Assembly (NCBI GenBank): GCA_003644385.1 | Contig: QNCD01000002.1 | Span: 1 to 56,298 of the forward strand | Direction: 5' to 3' | Source: Candidatus Omnitrophota bacterium | Lineage (GTDB): Bacteria > Omnitrophota > Gorgyraeia > Gygaellales > Profunditerraquicolaceae | DNA: 56,298 nt | Shown: positions 44,057-51,854 of the stretch, in pieces | How positions within the stretch are numbered: the first letter of the stretch is position 1 | Layout of the letters: the number at the start of each line of letters is the position of its first letter | Made by a program: the position numbers and the translations under genes | The notes under the pieces: generated by a model | Told to the model about the DNA's origin: nothing | Databases searched by the model: none | What the model saw: only the letters and a program-made list of their open reading frames with translations

Positions 44057-45051
44057 TTATCATCCTCTCTAAGTTTTAATTTCTTCCACCACCACTCATT
44101 ATTAATATACCAATTAATGGTTTTATTCAAATTTGTTTCTAAATTATCTTTTATTTCAAAACCTAATTCAGTAATTTTTTTACAATCAACTGCATATCTC
44201 CTATCATGCCCAGGTCTATCAGGAACAAATTCTATAAAGTACTCATAGTCAAGCGCCATATTCTCAATTATAAACTTGATTAATTCATAGTTAGTCACAT
44301 CATCATATAAAGAGCCTATATTATATATTTCTCCAAATTTCCCTTCGTGAAGAAGAAGGTCTATAGCTTTACAATTATCTTCTACAAATATCCAGTTTCG
44401 TATTTGGTCTCCTTTCCCATAGATAGGCACTTTTTTATTTTCGAGTAAATTTGTTATTGCGAGAGGAATTAGCTTCTCAGGATACTGATAAGGTCCAAAG
44501 TTATTAGTACTCCTGCTGATAATATATTTAAGTCCATAAGTTCTTCCGTAAGCTTGTACTAACAAATCCGCTCCTGCTTTACTTGCTGAATAAGGAGAAG
44601 AAGGCTTTAAAAGGGAATTTTCGTCCGCAAACCCATCAAGCACTTCTCCATATACTTCATCTGTACTAATCTGAAAAAACTTACAATCATGCTGAACTGC
44701 ATAGTCAAGAAGTTTCTGCACTCCTAAATAATTGCTTTTTATAAAAGGGGAAGAATCTCTTATACTTCTGTCAACATGACTTTCAGCAGCAAAGTTGACT
44801 ATCCAATCAGGAGGATCCAAAGGGAAATCCTGGATATCACATATGTCCATTTTAATAAAAATATAATTAGGATTATTTTCAATATCCTTCAAATTATCAG
44901 GATTGCCTGAGTAGGTGAGTTTATCTAAATTGTAAACTTTATAGGTAGGATAGCTTTTAAGAATATGACGGATAAAATTAGACCCAATAAACCCACATCC
45001 CCCAGTAATTAATAATTTTACACTCAAATCTACCTCCTTTTCAATTACCAC
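44053..45051 (-). CDS. rmlB: dTDP-glucose 4,6-dehydratase
   Basis: LLITGGCGFIGSNFIRHIL, NLDKLTYSGN, STDEVYG, YSASKAGADLLV and GHDRRYA match conserved RmlB blocks. Confidence 0.85.
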   Translation of the reverse strand: MVIEKEVDLSVKLLITGGCGFIGSNFIRHILKSYPTYKVYNLDKLTYSGNPDNLKDIENNPNYIFIKMDICDIQDFPLDPPDWIVNFAAESHVDRSIRDSSPFIKSNYLGVQKLLDYAVQHDCKFFQISTDEVYGEVLDGFADENSLLKPSSPYSASKAGADLLVQAYGRTYGLKYIISRSTNNFGPYQYPEKLIPLAITNLLENKKVPIYGKGDQIRNWIFVEDNCKAIDLLLHEGKFGEIYNIGSLYDDVTNYELIKFIIENMALDYEYFIEFVPDRPGHDRRYAVDCKKITELGFEIKDNLETNLNKTINWYINNEWWWKKLKLREDDK

Positions 45052-45308
45052 TTAATCATTACTAAAGCTGAAACTAAAGCGCCAATCACAGTAATTAATA
45101 AAGAGAAAAATATCCTCCTTGAAAACTTTTTGTATTCATCAATACAACTTGCCAGCCTATCAATCTTGTCATTAGCCACTTTCAGCTGTTCATATATATG
45201 TTTAGTCTCATTACTTATCAGTTTTTCAACCATTTCCTTAAAACTCAATAAAATAGCTCTTGTTTCCCTACCATAAGAACAGCCATTTTTTGTATTCTGT
45301 TGAGTCAA
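45045..45308 (-). CDS. tail-anchored small membrane protein
   Basis: 87 aa with a single C-terminal TM segment, IFFSLLITVIGALVSALVMI. Confidence 0.45.
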   Translation of the reverse strand: MTQQNTKNGCSYGRETRAILLSFKEMVEKLISNETKHIYEQLKVANDKIDRLASCIDEYKKFSRRIFFSLLITVIGALVSALVMIKW

Positions 45309-45309
45309 G

Positions 45310-45714
45310 TTACATCACCCCTTTTTTCCAAAAATCTCCCAATATTTTGGTCAATAAATTGGCTGCTTCTTTTTTCATTGGCTCTTTCACACTCTTAACA
45401 CCTTTGTGAATAAAATGGCTCTTAGTTTTGTGTTCAAATTCTTGTTTAGCAGCATATGGCAAAGCCGAACCAACTAAATATGTTAACTTATCTACTTTCT
45501 GACCTGTCACAGCAGGATAAACCCTATTTCTATAATCTACAGAAGCAGCCAAACTTTTTTGCAGAGTACCATACCTGACTGGGCACAAAGGCTTAGCATT
45601 TTCCGCAGCTTCAACTGCATATCTCTTGACAACTCTATCTAAAGCTTCTGTTATAGCATCATCACTTTTACCAACATTTTCAGCCTTGTCCCAATTAAAC
45701 ATTTCTGCTGGCAT
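45310..45714 (-). CDS. HK97 gp10-like head-tail joining / tail completion protein
   Basis: AENAKPLCPVRYGTLQKSL resembles the gp10-family A..aP..tG.Lr.S motif. Located in the connector block. Confidence 0.5.
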   Translation of the reverse strand: MPAEMFNWDKAENVGKSDDAITEALDRVVKRYAVEAAENAKPLCPVRYGTLQKSLAASVDYRNRVYPAVTGQKVDKLTYLVGSALPYAAKQEFEHKTKSHFIHKGVKSVKEPMKKEAANLLTKILGDFWKKGVM

Positions 45715-45716
45715 TT

Positions 45717-46142
45717 CTATCCGCCTGCCTTTTTACTCAAATAAATTATCTGCCTCGTTATTTCAGAGCCTAAACCAGTCTTGTGCACTTGTTTGATAAC
45801 ATAAGTTTCATCTTTGTAAACAGCCTCGTAGTATTGAGTATCTCCTACAACAGTTGGTTCAGATGTATCTATTTCTTCTTTTCTCCAATCAATCGTAGCA
45901 ATTATATCTCCCCGTTCAAGAAAGCCTGGTGCAGCTACGATTTCTCTCTCTTCACCTTTCAATATCTGAATTACTGGCTCACAATATTCGTCTGTATATG
46001 TCCAACTTTTTTCATTCGTAAATGGATCAATGCTATCCAAAGTTCTTTTCTTAAAATAAAATTCTCCCGGGCTACATCTCCTTCCTCTATAAATACCGAG
46101 CTCATTCAGCTTTGTCCATTTTATGTCTTCTTTAGTTAACAT
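45717..46142 (-). CDS. putative head closure / head-tail adaptor protein
   Basis: 141-aa ORF in the connector block between the adaptor-like and gp10-like genes. Call is by position only. Confidence 0.35.
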   Translation of the reverse strand: MLTKEDIKWTKLNELGIYRGRRCSPGEFYFKKRTLDSIDPFTNEKSWTYTDEYCEPVIQILKGEEREIVAAPGFLERGDIIATIDWRKEEIDTSEPTVVGDTQYYEAVYKDETYVIKQVHKTGLGSEITRQIIYLSKKAGG

Positions 46143-46144
46143 TT

Positions 46145-46705
46145 CTAATCCTGATAAATCCCTGTATAATCATCTTCATTCTCTGAATATATCTCAGTTC
46201 TCAATACACCTACAGCTAAGCTTGCTGCTTGTTCTTCTTTAGCTTTCTGTTCAAATGCTTCTGCCATTCTCAAGAAATTCTGGCATTCTTTAGTTTTGTC
46301 TACTTTCTCGTCGCCTGACCAGTAAACGAAGAATTTAGCAGCATTTGTTGCTAAAGCTCTGCAGCAGTGAGCAGCAGCCATATTTATATCGTTGCCATAA
46401 TCCGATAGAATCTGGTCAAGCTCATCATCACTGAAAGCATTGTATTCATACTTCTGAGCTTTCAATATAGCTCCATTACTTGGAGCTGAAGTCATTGTGA
46501 TCAAACCAGTATCATTGTCAATTGTGTAGTCAATATCTCTTGTTTGTGAACTATTATTTAAAACGATAACTTCAGTAGTTGCCCTAACTGGATACATACT
46601 CAATTGAAAGTACTTATTACTCCCATCACCAACACCAAATTGGTCATTAACCATTATTTTATTCTTATCTCCAATTAAAAGCCTTAATTTTTCCCTATTA
46701 GTCAA
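46145..46705 (-). CDS. putative head-tail connector (gp6-like) protein
   Basis: 186 aa. The N-terminal REKLRLLIGD and DDELDQIL pattern resembles connector/adaptor proteins. Call is mostly by position. Confidence 0.35.
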   Translation of the reverse strand: MTNREKLRLLIGDKNKIMVNDQFGVGDGSNKYFQLSMYPVRATTEVIVLNNSSQTRDIDYTIDNDTGLITMTSAPSNGAILKAQKYEYNAFSDDELDQILSDYGNDINMAAAHCCRALATNAAKFFVYWSGDEKVDKTKECQNFLRMAEAFEQKAKEEQAASLAVGVLRTEIYSENEDDYTGIYQD

Positions 46706-47014
46706 TTACATCACTCCTATTTGTAAATGGAAATGGTCTCTAACTTTAAAATGACTAATATCAATATTTTCAATCTTGTTAATTCTTCCTTCTTGAATAA
46801 GTTTATTCACAACATCTATTCCTTTCTGGAGCATATATTCAATAGTTTCAGCTCTGTAACTTTCGTACGGTTTGTGATAAGGCTTCCCATTAAAGACAAC
46901 TAAAATTCTCAATTTGAAGTTCTTACTATCTAAATCTTCACAGACCACCAAATCTTTTTCTTTCAAAAACCACTCGGTCTTTTTCTCTATTGAGCAAAAA
47001 GGACAATCTTTCAT
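46706..47014 (-). CDS. small HIT-superfamily-like protein with HxHxQ motif
   Basis: N-terminal CPFC and C-terminal DHFHLQIG (nt 46721-46735) mimic the HIT layout of the GalT/phosphorylase branch. Unusually short at 102 aa. Confidence 0.35.
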   Translation of the reverse strand: MKDCPFCSIEKKTEWFLKEKDLVVCEDLDSKNFKLRILVVFNGKPYHKPYESYRAETIEYMLQKGIDVVNKLIQEGRINKIENIDISHFKVRDHFHLQIGVM

Positions 47015-47056
47015 TTAAACCCATTGAAATAATAATTTATCAAAAATCATTTCTTC

Positions 47057-47602
47057 TCAAGGAGATGCTACACCGTTTCTGTCAACCTGGAAGTATAGCC
47101 CAAGATGAACAAGGGCAGCATCAGAGCCGTAATCGTCTGCCCCATTATCAGCATCTCTGTAAATCCTCATCGAGATAGTATCCTTAGCCTGAATTCCTGT
47201 CCCTGATATTGTTATGAAATCTGTTAATAAAAGTTCATTTGCAAGACCTTCTGCTGAATCAGTTACAGTTGCGGTAGTAGTTGCAGCTGTTAGAACTTCA
47301 TCGTTATCTGGAGTTACAATCGTATATTCCGTTGCCCAAACGACATCGCCCGTTGATGCATCAGTTGGCGCCCAAGCAAATCTTAACTTTATATCAGAGC
47401 CTGGATCATAATTATCAGGCACTGCCCACTCATAATATATCTCTTCATCAACAGTAGCATCAAAGAGAAGAACTGGAGTAACGCCGATTTCACTTTCAGC
47501 AGGATAATTAGTTCCAGGTTTATAAAACTGTGCAATATGAGCCCTTTGCTCCTGGTATACCGGCGTCCACTGAAGCTCTCCTGATGCATTTTCAAAGCCC
47601 AC
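47057..47602 (-). CDS. hypothetical virion-module protein (beta-rich, Thr-rich segment)
   Basis: 181-aa ORF in the head module. Contains LTAATTTATVTDS. No motif recognised. Confidence 0.45.
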   Translation of the reverse strand: MGFENASGELQWTPVYQEQRAHIAQFYKPGTNYPAESEIGVTPVLLFDATVDEEIYYEWAVPDNYDPGSDIKLRFAWAPTDASTGDVVWATEYTIVTPDNDEVLTAATTTATVTDSAEGLANELLLTDFITISGTGIQAKDTISMRIYRDADNGADDYGSDAALVHLGLYFQVDRNGVASP

Positions 47603-47608
47603 TTTATA

Positions 47609-48100
47609 CTACGTTCCTCCCTTATCCCAAATGAGCCACCAACGATTATCGTCTGTGTCTTCCCAGAGGGCTACTGTATCACTACCTATATCTGGTTCAG
47701 CAGTTTGTGAATATGTATCTATTCTGGTTACAAATACAGTCATTAATTTTTTAGTGTCAGTTAACCGAAGTTTATCTAACCATGTTATTGCGTCACTCCC
47801 ACTTGATACAGCTTGAATTATCAGGTCGCTGTCAACAACTAATCGTACTCTCCATGCCCCTTTTGATTCATCAATCCTGTACCAGTTACCGCTTGCCTCA
47901 TCGTAGTAGGCATTGGCTACAAGGTTAAGCTCATCTTTCCCTCTTATCCGCTCAACATTGAATAATTCGTGGTCATTAGCGTCTACATCTCTCATCCAAT
48001 AATAGATATCCGGAGAATAACCCATATAACGAGCATTACAAATTGATGCTATATTCAATAATAAAACTGTTATTAGCCCAATAAATTCAAGTTTTTTCAT
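47609..48100 (-). CDS. hypothetical protein with N-terminal signal/anchor sequence in the head module
   Basis: MKKLEFIGLITVLLLNIASICNA forms a hydrophobic N terminus. 163 aa. Confidence 0.45.
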   Translation of the reverse strand: MKKLEFIGLITVLLLNIASICNARYMGYSPDIYYWMRDVDANDHELFNVERIRGKDELNLVANAYYDEASGNWYRIDESKGAWRVRLVVDSDLIIQAVSSGSDAITWLDKLRLTDTKKLMTVFVTRIDTYSQTAEPDIGSDTVALWEDTDDNRWWLIWDKGGT

Positions 48101-48102
48101 CT

Positions 48103-48408
48103 TTAACTCCCTTCAAGTATTCTCACATCTTCAGTCCCTGAAGCCACTACCCCATACAAAACTACCCCTACATCCAATTTAAAACTATATGAACCTCCCG
48201 GGGGCATCGGCAAGCCATTTCCCACAGTAACATTCGCATCTCCGAGGTAAACAGTATTTGAGCCGTTGTTATATACGATTATGCTTCTTCGGTGATTTAG
48301 TGCTGTGGTGGGTAACGGAGTAGGAGTAGTTCCTACATTAACCTGGTTTGGTTTAATAGCTCCTGTTAACCAGTCTCCTACTGGTAGTCTATTCTTAGTT
48401 AATGCCAT
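48103..48408 (-). CDS. hypothetical small beta-rich protein with Thr/Pro tract
   Basis: 101 aa with VGTTPTPLPTTAL followed by IIVYNNGSNTVYLGD. Confidence 0.45.
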   Translation of the reverse strand: MALTKNRLPVGDWLTGAIKPNQVNVGTTPTPLPTTALNHRRSIIVYNNGSNTVYLGDANVTVGNGLPMPPGGSYSFKLDVGVVLYGVVASGTEDVRILEGS

Positions 48409-48414
48409 TAGTTA

Positions 48415-48603
48415 TCACCTGCTTTTTGGTCTTCTTCTAATCTTTTCTTTTTTCAGCTTCTCCTGTCTCAATTTTGCTTCTTGTTTTTTCTTCCTCTTAA
48501 TTTCGTCCAACTCTTGCCATTGTTTCAATATCTCCTTATTGGCTGGTCTCTTAATAGGTTTAATCACCACAGGTATACCACTATACCCTGAAGAAATACT
48601 CAT
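48415..48603 (-). CDS. small highly basic protein
   Basis: 62 aa with a K/R-rich C-terminal half. AAAGGAGG RBS lies directly after the capsid-gene terminator. Confidence 0.4.
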   Translation of the reverse strand: MSISSGYSGIPVVIKPIKRPANKEILKQWQELDEIKRKKKQEAKLRQEKLKKEKIRRRPKSR

Positions 48604-48619
48604 TTAATTAACCTCCTTT

Positions 48620-48655
48620 AAAAAATGGGTAGGAGCCAACACAAGCTACCTACCC
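48620..48655 (-). terminator. candidate intrinsic terminator/attenuator after the major capsid gene
   Basis: The minus strand reads GGGTAGG-N15-CCTACCC-A-TTTTTT, 49 nt downstream of the capsid stop. A second hairpin, AGGAGC-N12-GCTCCT at 48666..48689, lacks a T-run. Confidence 0.45.
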
Positions 48656-48703
48656 ATATTTGAAGAGGAGCGACAACATACCAGCTCCTTTATCTCAATA
48701 TTT

Positions 48704-49657
48704 TTAATATTCTGTCCTGACCCATTTATCTGGTTCCAAAATATCAGCATCAAATCTTGCCTTAGCTCTGGCATTTTCTGTGTCTCGTAATAAATCTTGC
48801 CATTGCTTAATCTGTAGCATTAATCTCCTTAAAAATACACAGCCTCCTCCGGTCTTCGCTTTCCCGATGTAATAATAATCAGAATCCACATACGGAGAGC
48901 ATATAATATTCAGCACATTCTGAAATACATTAGTTCCACCAGCTGCTACAGTCCCACCAATATTAGCAGTTACAGTTAGAGAAGTATTAATTAATTCCCT
49001 GGCCTGATACAAATGAGTAGGATCAACAATTATCACATCAGGAGCAATAGGATCTCTCTCAGTTCTTCCTCCTGCTGTTACAGTTCTGTTCATCAAGGTT
49101 GCAATAGCCGATTCGAGAGCCGCTGCATTCAATCCAGTATTAGTATTCTGATTCATCGAAGCTCCCCGAGTAGTAAAAGCCCCAAAAGCTATTTCATCTT
49201 CTTTCTGTTTAAACCTGTGACCAACTACCCTTAAACACCACCCCATAACATCAACTTCTGCATCTTCCAGCATCTCCTCAGTGAAACCCAGCAAACACTC
49301 AAATTTCCTTGGCTTCATAGTTGCTTCACCAGACACAGGTCCAGTAAAGTGTTTCTCCTGTCCGCTAATCGCCTCATAAACATGAATGCCTTTCAGTCCT
49401 GGAAAATCAATCTCCTTACCTTTAGTCATTGTGACCAAATCAAAAACCTGAGGCCACAATGCCACATGCTCCATATAACCATCCAGCAATTTCGTATTAA
49501 AAGCTGTCCTTAATAACTCTGGCATCTCTGAAGTTGTACGAGCTTCCTTCAGCAGTTTTCTAATCACTCTTTGCTGAGCTTCTGTCCAACCTGAAGTTTG
49601 AACCGCTGTTTCTCTTAAGTCTTGCACACTAATCAACTCTGTATCGTTATTTTTCAT
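48704..49657 (-). CDS. major capsid protein (HK97-fold expected)
   Basis: 317-aa ORF directly after the protease/scaffold and DUF2190-like genes and followed by a hairpin terminator. Called on composition and position; no signature verified. Confidence 0.65.
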   Translation of the reverse strand: MKNNDTELISVQDLRETAVQTSGWTEAQQRVIRKLLKEARTTSEMPELLRTAFNTKLLDGYMEHVALWPQVFDLVTMTKGKEIDFPGLKGIHVYEAISGQEKHFTGPVSGEATMKPRKFECLLGFTEEMLEDAEVDVMGWCLRVVGHRFKQKEDEIAFGAFTTRGASMNQNTNTGLNAAALESAIATLMNRTVTAGGRTERDPIAPDVIIVDPTHLYQARELINTSLTVTANIGGTVAAGGTNVFQNVLNIICSPYVDSDYYYIGKAKTGGGCVFLRRLMLQIKQWQDLLRDTENARAKARFDADILEPDKWVRTEY

Positions 49658-49692
49658 TTTATTAAATCACCTCCATCGCTTTCAAGCTTAAA

Positions 49693-50160
49693 TTATAAGT
49701 ACGGATTAGCCTGGTTATAACAATATGGTGAACGCTTCTGAACTGGAGTAATAAATACCTCCACAATTTCACCACTCGCAGATCCTGGTGTTGAAGATTC
49801 TGCTACTCCTACTGAAATTTCTTGGTCTCTACCACCACCCAAATCAACTGTATTGCTCCCAGTAGCATACACATAATTTCCAGGTTTTATTGCCTGAGCA
49901 ACAGAAGTTGTAAATTCAAATACACCAGTCTGCCAAAGCAAAACTTCTTCTCCTTCAGCAGCTTTAGTCTCAGCCACACCTGCTATCCCTCCTCTACCAA
50001 ACAGTAACATAGGGTCAGCTGCAGGTCTTGCTTTACCTGCTCCGTCTAAATAGCACATATCTCCAGCTTCAATATCTGCCCCAGCTGTAAACTTACTCAA
50101 TATTCCTGCTCTCACATAGTTCTCTAATGAAGAATTATATGTCATTATTTTCCTGCTCAT
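49693..50160 (-). CDS. DUF2190-like head decoration/cement protein
   Basis: FTAGADIEAGDMCYLDGAGKARPA ... GIAGVAETKAAEGEEVLLWQTGVFEF matches the DUF2190 pattern. Located between scaffold and capsid. Confidence 0.55.
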   Translation of the reverse strand: MSRKIMTYNSSLENYVRAGILSKFTAGADIEAGDMCYLDGAGKARPAADPMLLFGRGGIAGVAETKAAEGEEVLLWQTGVFEFTTSVAQAIKPGNYVYATGSNTVDLGGGRDQEISVGVAESSTPGSASGEIVEVFITPVQKRSPYCYNQANPYL

Positions 50161-50194
50161 TTAATTAAATCACCTCCTAATAACTCTCTGTAAC

Positions 50195-51814
50195 TTAATC
50201 CTCGTCTTCTTCATCATAAATTTTCTGTATATTCTCAGCCAAATTCCACAGTTTCTCATTACCTTCTTTTAAAATATCTGCTTCAGTTTTAGCTGTTGTC
50301 CTTGTCTTTCCTGCTGGAGGTTTACCATACACTAAAGTCTTCTTCTCTCTGGTAAGTGGAACCAACTCCTTAATATAGTCAAGCTCCGCTTTAAGTGACT
50401 CTTCTACTTCCTTTTCATTACTACCAACCACTCTCTTCCTCAATAACTCCTTAACCTTATCATCAACATCCAATTCCTCAATTTTCTTATTAATAAACTC
50501 TTCTAACTTTTTCTGCTCTATTTCTGCTTTTAATTTATCTCGTTCTTGCTCAGCAGCCACTAATTTAGTCTCCAGCTCTTTAATCTTCTCTTGTAATTTA
50601 TCAAATTCCTCTTGTAGCTTTTCTTTTTCAGTACTCAATTCCTCAACCTGTGCAGCTAAAGTCTCCTTAGCATCCTCAATCAGATCCTGAACTTCGCTCA
50701 TCTGGAGTAATTCCTCCTTTGTCATATTTTCAACACCTCCCTTGTTTTCATACACTTCTTTAACTTTTGCTCCTGGTATTGCTCCCTCTAACACGAGATC
50801 AATACCTTTTAAATGCATTTCTAATACTTTTTCTCTTTTATGACCATTGACTTTTTCAGTCATCAAACTACCTTCTGCCCTTATGGACAGCTCCTGTGAA
50901 CCAGGAGGTCTAAATTTCAGTAATTCTTGCGCATCCTTACCCAAAGATGTATTATTTAACTCAGCAACAAAAGTAACTTCCCCATTGTCATTTAAATCTA
51001 TCTCGACAGGTCTGCCAACAATCCTACTGGGATCATCACCTGTCGGATGACCCATCATAATTGTTAACTTTTCAATATTCTCTTTAGCCTCTTTAACCGC
51101 CGATTCTACTACTTCTCTCGGATAAAATCTGCCATTGGCACTTTCTGCATTTGCTTTTAAAGCTACCCCACTGAATCTGAATGGTTTTTCTTTATCTTCT
51201 TCTATCCAGTCTAAACTAATAACATTCTCTGTAATTTCTTGATTCTTGCGAATTGCGCCTTCTGATAACTTTGGAGTTCTTTTTGGAGGTTTACTTTCTT
51301 TAATCAATTCAGCTATTTTATTCAGCTCACTAATATTCATACTTTTCAGTTTAGCTATTGCTTCAGTAGTATTCTGGATGGCCAATTCCTTAGAAGCATA
51401 ATAACCATATTTGGGTGCTAATAGATTCCTAATCTGGGTTAACTTGGTTTGTGTCGCTTTGTCTTTTATTGTCTTAATTAACTTATCTAACAGACTGAGA
51501 GCTTTCTTAAACTGTTTGTTATATTTGCCATAATAACCATAGCCATAATAACCATAGCCATACTTGCCATAATCACCATATTTCCCATAATTACCATACT
51601 TCTTAGTTACTTTTTTAGCTTCATCAGAGCCTCTCATCATATTGCCACATTTTGGGCATTTTATTTGGACACAAGGAATCGACTTGCCCAACCCAATCTT
51701 TTTGTGAACAACCTTATAACCACATACTGGACAAACACAATATTTAGCTCCTCCATCTGCTTGAGGGTAACCTCCTACACCTTTACCATAGCCTCTTGCT
51801 TCTACAATGCCCAA
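50195..51814 (-). CDS. prohead protease / scaffold fusion with N-terminal zinc ribbon and Gly-Tyr-Lys low-complexity tract
   Basis: CVCPVCG...CPKCG (nt 51647-51739); KKYGNYGKYGDYGKYGYGYYGYGYYGKY (nt 51518-51601); a protease-like block FRFSGVALKANAESANGRFYPREVV...TIMMGHP; and an E/K-rich coiled-coil C-terminal third. Confidence 0.5.
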   Translation of the reverse strand: MGIVEARGYGKGVGGYPQADGGAKYCVCPVCGYKVVHKKIGLGKSIPCVQIKCPKCGNMMRGSDEAKKVTKKYGNYGKYGDYGKYGYGYYGYGYYGKYNKQFKKALSLLDKLIKTIKDKATQTKLTQIRNLLAPKYGYYASKELAIQNTTEAIAKLKSMNISELNKIAELIKESKPPKRTPKLSEGAIRKNQEITENVISLDWIEEDKEKPFRFSGVALKANAESANGRFYPREVVESAVKEAKENIEKLTIMMGHPTGDDPSRIVGRPVEIDLNDNGEVTFVAELNNTSLGKDAQELLKFRPPGSQELSIRAEGSLMTEKVNGHKREKVLEMHLKGIDLVLEGAIPGAKVKEVYENKGGVENMTKEELLQMSEVQDLIEDAKETLAAQVEELSTEKEKLQEEFDKLQEKIKELETKLVAAEQERDKLKAEIEQKKLEEFINKKIEELDVDDKVKELLRKRVVGSNEKEVEESLKAELDYIKELVPLTREKKTLVYGKPPAGKTRTTAKTEADILKEGNEKLWNLAENIQKIYDEEDED

Positions 51815-51854
51815 AATTTTTCACCTCCTCTTATAATAATCAAAATATGATTTT

